Of a stretch of 43,895 nt of DNA, positions 27,498 to 40,224 are shown one piece after another. Below the pieces are notes generated by a model, which was not told the DNA's origin, ran no database searches, and saw only the letters and a list, made by a program, of their open reading frames with translations. Positions within the stretch are counted from its first letter, which is position 1. Each line of letters begins with the position of its first letter. Position numbers and translations under genes: made by a program. The stretch comes from Callorhinchus milii (Eukaryota): contig NW_024705443.1 in NCBI RefSeq assembly GCF_018977255.1, forward strand, positions 1 through 43,895. The letters are read 5' to 3'.

Positions 27498-28251
27498 CTC
27501 AGATTGTAAATGTTGTGGCTTGGCTCTCCAACACACCGGCTAGTGCTGTACTAGTGACGCATTTCCACGTTCTGTTTACGTGACAACCCTTACTAGTTGG
27601 CTGTGTAGGGTGGTGGCGGGTTTCAACGACACATTTATATATTTACGCGATCTAACCTAAAAACCTCTAATATGGACAATTAAAAAAATCCATGCTTACA
27701 TTCTTTAACATTTAGATGATTATTCAAAGTGTATTAAATAAATTATGATTTAACACAATCGTTTTCTAGAAGCACCCTGCTCAACACGAGTGTCCTTAAA
27801 TATATTTAGAAAACAAAGTCAGTACAGTATAAATTTGCACCTCTTAGTCCAAATCACAATTTTAATACTACAGTCTGCATTTCCCTGGTAACGCCTTTGA
27901 ACAGGCAGCAGTTTGCAGCACATTGCAGGGTGAATATTAGCAAATTAACGCGAATTATGCGGTGACATGAATATACGTATTCAGGATTAAGCTCAATAGC
28001 CAGAATCCACAAGTAGTGACTAATCCCATATCTGCATTTCCCATAAATATGCTAAATTCCTCTTGATATGCAAACTCTTGGAACCTCCGAGTTGAACCAG
28101 TCTACACAACAAAGGCTCATTCCTAACAGCGTGTTTCAGCCGCATCGAACCTCACAATAATAATATCCTCCCACCCTCAACCAGCATATATACAAGGACT
28201 GTTTTCTTGGAATGTATCTTACTTGATACAGCTATCGTGCTGTGACGGTTC

Positions 28252-28292
28252 CACCTGAAGACGGAAGCTTGTGTTGCCTCTGAAACGTCGTG
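28252..28292 (+). ncRNA. Minimal hammerhead ribozyme motif in a Penelope-like remnant (~28223-28356)
   Basis: CAC-CTGAAGA-C-GGAAGC-TTGTGTT-GCCTCT-GAAAC-GTC-GTG, followed by the AT-rich CTACGTGACTTTAC tail. Confidence 0.65.
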
Positions 28293-28951
28293 AGAATTAT
28301 TTTATAATGTTTTATTTTCCCTTCTACGTGACTTTACAGAAAGAATCAAGAAGATAAATAAGCTCTGTTGCTAGATATGCAGATTGTAAATTCCAAAAAT
28401 AACAATTGAATGTAAAGTTCATGAAATGCAACGTCGGTTGTTTAGTTACTGCAGCTACATACTAGCAGTGTGATATACAGTAGGGTGGATAGAATAATGC
28501 ATAGTGTAATATTACACTATGTATTATGGTGCATAGTAATACAGTATTTAATTTAATGTTGGGTTTGTCTATGGCAGCATATAATACGGGGTAGACCCGT
28601 GTGATGTAAGGAGAAAAGTTTAGCTGGAAGCATATTATATTTTTTTGCGACATAGAATTGTAACGTATTACTTACTGTTAGTAGCTCAGCTTACAGACTG
28701 TATGTCGCTGTTAAATTCTCTAAACTTGCAGCAGTTTACAGGAAATTAGCAAATTAACACTTAACATGGATTTACGCATGGAGATATATGTAATTCAACA
28801 GAAGTGTAAAATTACGCAGTAGGATGTACATACGTATTGAGGTTACGTTACATTGGCCAGATTCGCTAATATATGTTGCTACATATGCGGATTGTTAATG
28901 TAGAAACTAACAATTGAATGCAAAGTCCAAGTCGAGAACAAAGGATTTGGA

Positions 28952-30830
28952 CTTTCAGCACGTGGCTCATCAAGCTTATCAGTCTGTAGTCCTCGCATTT
29001 CCGGCTTGTTGCTTTCTTTGGCATGGCCACAAAGATGGATTGTAGCCAGTCGGATGGAATTTTATTGCCATTGTATATTTGATTGTACCAATTAGTCAGT
29101 TGTCGTATGTTGTTGCTGTCTAATAGTTTGAGCAATTCTGCATGGATTGTGTCGGGCCCGCACGCTTTGCCTGACTTAGCTGTTTTGATTGCATGTTCTA
29201 CTTCTGATGTTAAAATGTGTAGAGCGTCTTTCGACATCTGTTGGTCTTTTTCTGCAGGTGTTCTCGCGGCGCCATAGAGCTTGTGTATATAGTTTGTCCA
29301 GGTGTCCAAGGTAGCTGTTGGGGCTGGTCTGTAGATGTTACCAGCTTCTTTGAGCTTCTTGTGCAGAGTAAAATTGTCATGTTTTTTAATTAGTTCTTCA
29401 ATCTCGGCGCATTGTTCTTCCATCCACTTTTCTTTTGCCTGTCGGATTGCTTCTCTGATCTTCTGTTGCATTTGTTTGTACTTCTCCAAGTTGTTATTTT
29501 TGTACATTCTTCGTTTGCTCATTAGATCGAGAATACAATGTGTCATCCATCGTTGTTTCTTTTTCGGTGGCTGATGTCCCAGCATGACTTCTGTTGTTTC
29601 TGTGATGCATTGTTTGAACGAGCGCCAGTACTCCTGAACGTCTGCTGTTTCTGTTGTTATTGAGCGGATGCTATCGTTGAGATGTTGCTGTACTTGTCTT
29701 TTATCGGCGCTGTTCTTCAGTTTCTCCAGGTCTGCTCGTCTCGTCTTTGTACATTGTATTGATCGCAATTTGAGTCTTATTGTAGCTGTTACTGGGTTAT
29801 GATCTGACGATATATCGGCTCCAGGGTAGGTTTTTGCTGTAATCACACTGGACTTAAACCTGATGTTAATTAGGATATAATCGATTTGGTTCCTGACGAT
29901 GTTGTTGTCGGAGTCTTGCGGCGAGGTCCACGTGTACAGTCGTCGAGGTGGTAATTGGAACCACGTGTTAGCAATACTGAAACGTTCTTCTTGGCAGAAT
30001 TGAACCAGTCTGTCGCCTCGTTCATTCCTTGTTCCTAGTCCGTGTTCTCCGACAATGTTCTGCATTCGACCGTGGCCAACCTTGGCGTTGAAGTCGCCGA
30101 GGATTATAGTGATGTCTTGCTTCTTCAGCGGCTTCAGCGTGTTGGTTAGTTGCTCATAGAACGATTCGATTTCATGATCTTGTTTATCTGCTGTTGGAGC
30201 ATAAACCTGTAGAATGTTCACGTTGACTTTGTTGCCTGCTAATTGTAGTAGTGCTATTCGTTCTGATACTGGGGTAAAGTTGTTGACTTTATTCGCTAAT
30301 TTCTTGTGTACTATAAAGGCGACACCGTATGTTTGTTTGGTGTTTCTTGGTGTTCGCTCGATATAAACTTTTTTGTTCCAGGCCATTTAGTTTCGCTTAG
30401 ACCGATTATGTTGATTTTAAGTCGATCCATTTCTTGTATGACAATGGCTAGTTTTCCTGCTTGAAGTAAACTTCTAACGTTCCAAGTTGCTACTTTGAAA
30501 GGGTTCTTTGACACAAGCTCGGAGATTCTTAGCACCCCTGTCCTATTTAAAGGACGCCGATACTCAGGGCCTTTGTTGATTTTGCTTGTCATCATTGAAG
30601 TTTTCAAGGGAGAAATAATCCAAGTAGTTTCCCGTTGCTTTCTTGGATCACAATTTATTTGAAAAGGTCATGTGGGGACCTTTCGAAACGGGTTTTGTCT
30701 GACGTCTCCACTGAAGTCTTCCCGCCTCGGGTGACCCTTCTGAGAGCACTAGGCTCTCGGCGGTATAGCGATCAGCTTCTCAGACGTACACAAACTCTCT
30801 CGCCGCATTAAGGCACCGTTTCTCGAGAGA
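28952..30830 (-). mobile_element. RTE-clade LINE, 5' part: AP-endonuclease domain and start of reverse transcriptase; frameshifted and 3'-truncated
   Basis: ATWNVRSL and IIGLSETKW (ORF 30311..30607); QVYAPT, GDFNAKVG, NQIDYILI, SDHNPV, KACGPDTI and YRLISLMSHVLK (ORF 28866..30386). The last ~28 aa of that ORF are host read-through. Confidence 0.9.
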
Positions 30831-32108
30831 GGATGAATCCCTGCAAGCTTTAAATCGAAATACACCGCTTTGTACATACACACACGGGTGCACATGCATA
30901 CACGAGTGCGCATACACACACGAGTATACATACACAGCAGTGCACGTACACAGGGATTGCGTTTGACATCACAAATACATGAGCGAACAAATGATTGTAC
31001 ATACCTATACACACAAATGCACGCATGTACATATCCACATAAACAAGTGTACATGTACACACGAGTGGACATACACAGCAGTACAGATCCATGTACATGC
31101 ACACAGTAGCAGACTAGGATAGCGAGGTTTTGTGATTATTTTCACAGGTTAAACTGACGATACAATCTTAGATGCCCCACAACACTGAAGTACGTTATGC
31201 TTTTGAAAAAATACGCATTCAATTCTAATTCCCTCTGTTTCCACTCCAAACTATTGGAATTATTAATAATATTTAAAATAGTGGCCCATGTTTAATGAGT
31301 GTGGTGAAGACATTAGTTTCGTTTATTTCATTCTATTTGTTTGCATTTGCAAAGGCACACTGGTTGAGATTATTTTTCCCATTTATGAAATCAAACTAGA
31401 ATCATTTGCATTTTCTTCATAAACTTCCTTGCATTCAATTTTTATTCTCGGATGTAACGTTCCTCATATCTAAAAGACCTAATTTCATGTGGCCATTGTG
31501 CTTACGCCTCAATAGTAATGTGCATTTCACTGCATCATTGTTCGCGTGCGTTTGAATACGGATGGGCATCTCCTTGCATAATAATGTGCATGTTGTTAGT
31601 TTGCACATTTACAATGGCCTGTAAATTGCTATCAATGTGTAGGGGTGTTAGAGAGAGAGCCCGTTATGCATGGCAGCTTATGGCAAACAACACAGTGGGC
31701 GGGGCTACGTGAGTGCACGGGGAGGTGCTTAAAATCAGACCTCAAGACCATTTCGAGAGGGATTTCGCTGAGGATAGACGCTCGACTCCTCGCTCTGCAG
31801 ATTACCCTTCTCCTGCGAGACCCAGCCTGGCGAGCACGATTGCCTGGCGACTGGGAGAGTTCGTGGCGATCTCTTCAGACGGGTTACAGGGACATCGACA
31901 CGCCGTGCATCAACAAGTAAGTGTCTTCGTTAGTGGATAAAACTGGTAGTCGCGTGTAGCCCGACTTACGAGACGTTACTGTGTCTCGGTTAGACGGTAG
32001 TGAGACTTTGCTTTTTGCGATTTGAGACAGACATCCACGCAGCTTAGAGGGTGCCTTTAACTCTCAACAACACCCGCGACTGTTACTCTGCTCTGAAGAA
32101 TCAGTTAC

Positions 32109-32537
32109 ATGGAGCAGATAAACTCTCCACAGCGCCACGCACACACGGGCGAGAAGCCGTTCAATTGCTCTTTGTGTGGGAAGGCATTTTCACTGAAATC
32201 AAATCTTCACAGGCACCAGAAAACACACTCGGGCGAGAAGCCATTCAATTGTTCTTTGTGTGGGAAGGCATTTTCACTTAAATCACATCTTCACAGTCAC
32301 CAAAAAACACACACAGGCGAGAAGCCGTTCAAGTGCTCTGTGTGTGGGAAGGCATTTTCACATAAACAACATCTTAACAGACACCAGAAAACACACACGG
32401 GCGAGAAGCCATTCAAGTGCTCTGTTTGTTGGAAGGCATTTGCAGAGAAATCAAATCTTAGCAGACACCAGAAAACACACACGAACGAGAAGCCATTCAA
32501 TTGCGCTGTGTGCGGGAAGGCATTTTCACGGAAATAA
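32109..32537 (+). CDS. C2H2 zinc-finger protein, copy 4 (4 complete fingers, TAA in finger 5; probably truncated)
   Basis: Open 142-aa [21 protein letters not shown]...[11 protein letters not shown]. Homologous tail continues to ~32857. Confidence 0.85.
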   Translation: MEQINSPQRHAHTGEKPFNCSLCGKAFSLKSNLHRHQKTHSGEKPFNCSLCGKAFSLKSHLHSHQKTHTGEKPFKCSVCGKAFSHKQHLNRHQKTHTGEKPFKCSVCWKAFAEKSNLSRHQKTHTNEKPFNCAVCGKAFSRK

Positions 32538-34279
32538 AATCTTCACAGTCACCAGACAACACACTCGGGCGAGAAGCCATTTCATTGCTCTCAGAGGGAG
32601 AGGACATGTTCACGGCCATCACCCCGAAACAAGCACCAGAAGATCCGCAATGATAGGGAAGTGAAATCAAAATGTAGAATTCAAAGTGCTGCAATGAGTC
32701 CTGAAAAAATGCATCTTTCGAACCTATGCAGGTGGATCCTGAAAGATGGCGAGATGTAGTGGATGTAATCAGCGCTGACGACAATTCCTCTTTCGACCCC
32801 ATGAAGTTGGATCCGGAGAGATGGCTGGATGTAGTGGAGTGGCTGAAGACGTATTGAGTACATCTGTTAACTGTTGCCCTGTGTATATTCGTGTCTCTTA
32901 GATATATTTTTTCAGTGATTTCCAGTACTCCGAGCTAGAGTGATGTTGTGAATGCTCTATAATGTGTTCAGATGAACGTATTCCTTTTAATTTCCAGAAG
33001 TGTTCACTTATTTCAGGATGACAACAATGTTATACTTCTATAGATGCGTTGCTTCGTCTGGTGGTTGTATCATCGGGACTGGTAAATGTTTGGTGTTTAT
33101 GGTAGAAGGTGCCATGTCATCCTCTCACAGCTAATTGCGTGTTAAAGTTTATTCTAGACTTCGTCACGTTAAGGTGGTGCTTTGTAGTCCTATCGGACTA
33201 CTTGTTGATGTGGTGTGATGCGCAGTGGTTGTGTGGTGGTTCAATTTCTAATTTTACTCTCGTGGTTAAGTGGTTTTGTTGATTTAAAGTTGGAGAAATA
33301 CTGTGATCACAACTTTGCTCAATATTTTAAACATGTTCTTTAATTTTTTTATCATTGTGTAATAAATAAATAACTTAAAGTATAGGTTTCAGAGTGTGCG
33401 TGGATTGCACGTTCGTTGTTCTAGTGTTTGATGGCTTGGACTTCTGGACGAATGGCTTCAGTCGAAAAGGACGTCAATGGGGAAATCGACGTTCACGTGT
33501 TGAATTTTAAGAATATGTTTTAACTGTTGAAATTGGGAAATAATTTGTCTAGTTCCTTCCTGTTTGAGCATGCGTTTTAATAAAGATTTCAATACGAGTA
33601 TTAACGTGAATTTTCTTGCAGATTAATAAAGACCTATATTGTTTTTAAAGATGACTGATCGTACGTTATTTCAACCATATCCTTCCTTAAAAAACACGGA
33701 CGAGTAGACATACACACACAAGTGTGCTTATAAACACGACTGTCTATACAGCGGTGTGCATTCACACACGAGTGTGCATGTGTTTCTACGAGTTTTAACC
33801 TTAATTTACTTGCAGAACAATAAAGACCTGACATGTTAAAGATGACTAATCGTCCCTTATTGCTACAATGTTCATAGCGAACACGCGTGGAGGCGAGTTT
33901 CAGGTGAAGCATCTCCAGCACACAAGTTGACCCTCACCTGGCAGCATCGTGGCTGTCCGCTGATCACACTCATGACGTCACACTCATGACGTCACACGCA
34001 CGAGCTGTAGGGGCGGGGCTCTGTCCGCTCAGTGGCGCTGTTTTCATTAATTTAGCACCACGAGCGGGGAGTCTCATCCCTGTAGTTCCCTGTTGTGGTG
34101 CCGCATTCATCACCACGTTGCCCCTCAATTCTTTGTACGACACAATATGAAAATAAGTTGTGTGTTCCACTACACATACTTACACGAGTACACATATACA
34201 CTCCCTTGTACACACAAGTGGACATACACAGCGGTGGAGAAAAATGCACGAATGTGCATCCACCCCGCTTTGTACACAC

Positions 34280-34579
34280 AAAGATAAAGATCCCCCGTAT
34301 AGCCTTAACAGACTGTAGGGGCAAGTGCTGTTAGCGAGCACCTATGAAGGCCGGCACGGCACACGAGGGGGTGGGTGGCCAGCACCACGCCCGACCGCCT
34401 TTGTCTCCCTCGTGGCAATGTTTACACACCGCACCAGGTACTCATTTGAGGCTGAGTCGACCTAGGGGAGGCCCGGGACCGGTTCAGATAATCGTCACTG
34501 GTGTTGGCCGTGAGCGGGAATCGAACCCGTGTCACCGGGTTCATAGCGCAAGGCGCTAACCGCTACACCACCGCTCCCC
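34280..34579 (-). mobile_element. tRNA-derived SINE (same insertion, inverted unit)
   Basis: Reverse complement of 4979..5276 with the same flanks. Confidence 0.8.
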
Positions 34580-36178
34580 ACATATACACTCCCTTGTACA
34601 CACACCCACACACGAGTGGACATACACAGTGCTGTAGGAAAATGCACGAATGTGCATACACACCGCTTTGTACATACACACACGGGTGCACATGCATACA
34701 CGAGTGCATACACCCATTTGTGCATCTATGCATACAACACATATGTATAGATGCACAAATGAGTGTAAATGCATCGGGGTGTAGATACATGCACAGTGTA
34801 ATTGCACACAGCAATGTACATAAACACATGTGCACGTATACAGCAGTGTGCATGCTCAGAGATTGCGTTTCAACACACACACAAATGTTCGAGCACACAC
34901 GATTGTACATACATACACACGTGTACAGACCCACACGTGTCCATGAACGAGTGTAAATACACACACGAGTGCACATGCACACGAATGTACCCACAGAGAA
35001 GTACACACCCATGTCCATACACATGGCTACAGTTCCCTGCTGTAATGGCTGGTGCTTATGCTAGAAGGTGGCATGTGTTGTAATTATTGCACAGCAAATG
35101 ATGTGAGCGTGCTGTCTTGTTGATTCCAAACTTTGTCACGTTAAGGTGGTGCTTCGTAGTCCTATCGGATTACTTGTTGATGTGGTGTGATGCGCATTGG
35201 TTGTGAGGTGTTTCAATTCCTGATTTTACTCTCGTTGTTAAGTGGTCTTGTTGAGCTAAAGTTGGAGAAAGACATTGCTCACACACGCTTACAAGCGATA
35301 CAATTTCGATTATCAATAAAAGTGTATGACAGCAATCGTAATAATTGTCGTGAATTAAATTAAACAAATCACCTTGATTTACTGACGCGCTCATATCAAC
35401 ACAAATACTTAAATATTTTTTATAAAACAAAGTCAGTACACTATACATTTGCACCTCTTAGTCAAATCGAACTGGACTTCAGCATTTTGATACTTCAGAC
35501 TCTATGTCGATGTTAAATCCTCTAAACTTGCTTCAGTTTAAAGGACATTGTCGGGTGAATATTGGCAAATTATCACGAAGCACGAAATTATGCATGGATA
35601 TGTATATCTTTATTTAAACGGAAGCATACAATTATGCAGTGAGATATGCATATGTATTAAGGTTAAATTGCAATGGCCGGATTAGCTAAGCTATGTTGCT
35701 ACATATGCGGATTGTTAATGTAGAAATTAACAATTGAATGCAAAGTCCATGATATGCCAAGACGAGAACAAAGGATTTGGATACTAGACGGGAGTTATAA
35801 GGGGCTTAAATTCAGACCTCAAGACCATTTCCAGAGGGATTTCACTGAGGATAGACGCGCAACTCCTCGCTCTGCAGATTACCCTTCTCCTGCGAGACCC
35901 AGCCTGGCGAGCCCGATTGACTGGCGACTGGGAGAGTTCGTGGCGATCTCTTCAGACGGGTTACAGGGACATCGACACGCCGTGCATCAACAAGTAAGTG
36001 TCTTCGTTAGTGGATAAAACTGGTAGTCGCGTGTAGCCCGACTTACGAGACGTTACTGTGTGTCGTTAGTGAGAGTTTGCTTCTTGGCGATTTGAGACAG
36101 ACATCCACGCAGCTTAGAGGGTGCATTTAACTCTCAAAAACACTCGCGACTGTTACTATTCTCTGAAGAATCAGTCAC

Positions 36179-36718
36179 ATGGAGCAGATAAACTCTCCAC
36201 AGCGCCACGCACACACGGGCGAGAAGCCATTCAAATGCTCTTTGTGCATGAAGGCATTTTCACGGAAATCACATCTTCACAGTCACCAGAAAACACACAC
36301 AGGCGAGAAGCCGTTCAAGTGCTCTGTGTGTGGGAAAGCATTTTCACTTAAACATCATCTTAACAGACACCAGAAAACACACACGGACGAGAAGCCATTC
36401 AATTGCTCTGTGTGTGGGAAGGCATTTTCACGGAAATCACATCTTAACAGACACCAGAAAACACACTCGGGCGAGAAGCCATTCAAGTGCTCTGTGTGTG
36501 GGAAGGCATTTTCACAGAAATCACATCTTCACAGTCATCAGAAAACACACACGGACGAGAAGCCATTCAATTGCTCTGTGTGTGGGAAGGCATTTACATG
36601 GAAATCACATCTTCACATGCATCAGAAAACACACACGGGCGAGACGCCATTTAATTGCTCTACGAGAGAGAGGACATCACTCATCACACCGAAACAAACA
36701 TCAGAGGATCCGCAATGA
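36179..36718 (+). CDS. C2H2 zinc-finger protein, copy 5 (5 fingers, open frame)
   Basis: Uninterrupted 179-aa ORF with five CxxC...HxxxH fingers, then a degenerate CSTRERT unit. The tail is shortened by deletions. Confidence 0.9.
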   Translation: MEQINSPQRHAHTGEKPFKCSLCMKAFSRKSHLHSHQKTHTGEKPFKCSVCGKAFSLKHHLNRHQKTHTDEKPFNCSVCGKAFSRKSHLNRHQKTHSGEKPFKCSVCGKAFSQKSHLHSHQKTHTDEKPFNCSVCGKAFTWKSHLHMHQKTHTGETPFNCSTRERTSLITPKQTSEDPQ

Positions 36719-39229
36719 TAGGGAAGTGAAATATAAAAGTAAAATGCAGAGTGAAGTTGGATCCGGAGAGATGGCTGGATGTAGTGGAGTGGTTGAAGAC
36801 TCAAACGTATTGAATACATCTGTTAAGCTAGAGTGATGTTGTGAATGCTCTATAATGTGTTCAGTTGAAAGTCTTCCTGTTAAGTTCCAGAAGTGTTCAC
36901 TTATTTCAGGATGGCAACAATTTATACTTCGATAGATACATTGCTTCGTCTGGTAGTTGGATCATCGGGGCTGCTAAATGGCTGGTGCTTATGCTAGAAG
37001 GTGCATGTGTTGTATCTTCTTACAGCAAATCATGTGTGCGTGCAGTCTTGTTTATTCCAGACTTCGTCACGCTAAGGTGGTGCTTTGTAGTCCTATCGGA
37101 CTACTTGTTGATGTGTTGTGAAGCGCAGTGGTTGTGTGGTGGTTCAATTTCTCGTGGTTAAGTGGTTTTGTTGAGCTAAAGTTGGAGAAATACTGTGATC
37201 ACAACTTTGCTCTATATTTTAAACATTTTTTTTTATCATTGTGTAATAAATAAATAACTTAAAGTAATAGATTTCAGAGTGTGCGTAGATTGCACGTTCG
37301 TTGTTCTTGTGTTTGATGGCTTGGACTTCTGGACGAATGGCTTCAGTCGAAAAGGACGTCAATGGGGAAATCGACGTTCACGTGTTAATTTTAAGAATAT
37401 GTTTTAACTGTTGAATTCCTATTGGGAATAATTTGCCCAGTTCCTTCCTGTTTGAGCATGCGTATTAATAAAGATTTCGATACGAGTGTTAACGTGAATT
37501 TTCTTGCAGATTAATAAAGACCCGAATTGTTTTTAAAGATGACTGATCGTACGTTATTTCAACCATATCCTTCGTTAGAAAAAGACGGACGAGTAGACAT
37601 ACACACACAAGTGTGCTTATAAACACGACTGTCTATACAGCGGTGTGCATTCACACACGAGTGTGCATGTGTTTCTACGAGTTTTTACGTTAATTTACTT
37701 GCAGAACAATAAAGACCTGACATGTTAAAGATAACTAATCGTCCTTATTGAAGAAGGAAATAAAAAAAATAATAATAAAAATAAAACAATACAAAAATTT
37801 TATAACGTAATTTTATTATGTTTTATTTTTATTAAATAATAAAATAATAATTTAAAACAGAATAAAATTAATTCATAAATTTTTTATTATTTCCCTTCTA
37901 CGTGACTTTACCGAAAGAACCAAGAAGATGAAGAAGAAAATAAACGTAATAAAATAATTGTATGATGTTTTATTTGTATTATTTTACCAAGAAGGTTAAT
38001 TTACTTGCAGAACAATAAAGACCTGACATGTTAAAGATGAATTATCGTCCCTTATTGAAGAAGGGGAATAAAAAAAATAATAATAAAAACAAAACAATAC
38101 AAAAATTTATAACGTAATTTTATTATGTTTTATTTTTTATTAAATAATAAAATAATAATTTAAAACAGAATAAAATAAATTCATAACATTCTTTTATTAT
38201 TTGTATTATTTCCCTTCTACGTGACTTTACCGAAAGAGCCAAGAAGATGAAGCAGAAAACAAAACATAATAAAATAATTGTATTATGTTTTATTTTTATT
38301 ATTTTATTATTTCCCTTCTTCGTGACTTTACCGAAAGAGCCAAGAAGGTTAATTTACTTGCAGAACAATAAAAACCTGACATGTTAAAGATGACTAATCG
38401 CCCGTTATTGCTACAATGTTCATAGCGAACACGCGTGGAGGCGAGTTTCAGGTGAAGCATCTCCAGCACACAAGTTGACCCTCACCTGGCAGCATCGTGG
38501 CTGTCCGCTGATCACACTCATGACGTCACACTCATGACGTCACACGCACGAGCTGTAGGGCGGGGCTCTGTCCGCTCAGTGGCGCTGTTTTCATTAATTT
38601 AGCACCACGAGCGGGGAGTCTCATCCCTGTAGTTCCCTGTTGTGGTGCCGCATTCATCACCACGTTGCCCCTCAATTATTTGTACGACACGATATGAAAA
38701 TAAGTTGTGTGTTCCACTACACATACTTACACGGGTACACACATACACTCCCTTGTACACGCACCCACACACGAGTGGACATACACAGAGCTGTAGATAC
38801 ATACACGAATGTGCATACACACAGCTTTGTACATACACACACGGATGCACATGCATACACGAGTGCGCATACACACACGAGTATACATACACAGCAGTGT
38901 ACGTACACAGGGATTGCGTTTGACATCACAAATAAATGTGCGAACAAATTAGTGTACATACCTATACACACATACACGCATGTACATATCCACAAAAACA
39001 AGTGTAAATATACACGTGTACACACATTGCAGAGTGAATATGAGCAAATGAACGCGAATTATGTGGTGAGATGCACATATGCATTCAGACTTAAGCTCAA
39101 TAGCCAGATTAACGAAGCTAATTGCTAGATATGCAGATTGGAAATTCCAAAAATAACAATTGAATGTAAAGTTCATGAAATTCAACGTCGGAAAACTTCA
39201 TCTTTCATCAATGCAACACCATTCCAAAC

Positions 39230-39530
39230 GACCCCAGCATTTGTGTGCTGGTGTCATTGACCCAATTCGATTGATACCTGTGACTTACAGCTTTCCACAC
39301 CTTACGCCACGCTCCCACGCCTCCTTCATTCGTTTTTAAATGCTTTATATTAAGTTCACTCGCTTGCTTGCTTGCTTGCGCGCTTACGACCGTGCAAATC
39401 TTTCGGTCGTTTTTTAACCCACTTCCCGTGATCCAATCGAGCTGACATTTTGCACACAGACTCGTTGTGCGTGACAATGTATTTTCTTGAAAAAAATATT
39501 TCCAAAATTTTACACTTTTTAGGAAAATTT
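39230..39530 (+). mobile_element. Possible Helitron/DINE-1-like non-autonomous fragment
   Basis: (GCTT)n microsatellite followed by CCAATCGAGCTGACATTTTGCACAC, resembling the core of such elements. Termini not identified. Confidence 0.3.
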
Positions 39531-39980
39531 TTATTATATTTAATTACCAATTGCTTAATGGTGGCAGGCAATCATCTGACCCATAGGTGGCAGCCATCTC
39601 AAGCCAGAGGACGAGAGGACTCTAGCCGCCACGCATATAAAGGATTTATAGTGAAACACTTTGTTTTTACGGGTTATATTTTTTTGTTTCTCAGGAGGCA
39701 ATCCCTGTTGTTTGTCAATCCCCTGCCACGAGTAAAGTTTTGCAAAAACAACCCCCTTCCTTCATTGACGGTGTTGGACGGTAACGCTGTGGTGGATGTG
39801 AGCAATGTCCCGGAGGTAAGGCTCGTAGCCACCACAGCGTCCCACGAGGTCTTTGGACGGGTGCGAGGGGCTGGTAACACCTCAATAGTCAATGAAATTA
39901 GCAAAACAACTCGTATTCTTAGGTTTTTTCGGTAAGGTCACGTAGGTAAAACACATTAAAAAGTAAAATAAAATAAAAAT

Positions 39981-40021
39981 CACGACGTTTCAGAGGCAAC
40001 ACAAGCTTCCGTCTTCAGGTG
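39981..40021 (-). ncRNA. Minimal hammerhead ribozyme motif in a Penelope-like remnant
   Basis: Reverse complement of the 28252..28292 motif, with a similar upstream TTGATACAGCT flank. Confidence 0.65.
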
Positions 40022-40224
40022 GTACCATCACAGCCAAGACAGCTGTATCAAAAAAAAACTCGTCGCAAATTTTAAACACGGGCAAAATATTGAACACATG
40101 CACACAGGTGTATATACACACCGAAGGTCGTAAGTTACAGACTAAAAGATGACGATTGTTTTTTTTGCGTAACGTTATTATGAACCACGCTTTCAAGCTA
40201 AACCATTCAGATGATTATTCAAAG

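Larger units (their letters stand above)
31727..35780. repeat. Inverted segmental duplicate of the left arm (31727-33850 vs ~1570-3755; 33830-35780 vs ~3780-5765)
   Basis: Reverse-complement near-identity of exon, fingers, 3' flank, CRE module, SINE and upstream region. Confidence 0.9.

Noticed and set aside
28866..30386. Intact 506-aa host gene or active LINE
   Set aside because: Frameshifted endonuclease N-terminus, RT truncated before the catalytic motifs, and C-terminus is read-through into flank.
39450..39935. 161-aa ORF as a gene
   Set aside because: Crosses compositionally different repeat fragments; no recognisable domain.
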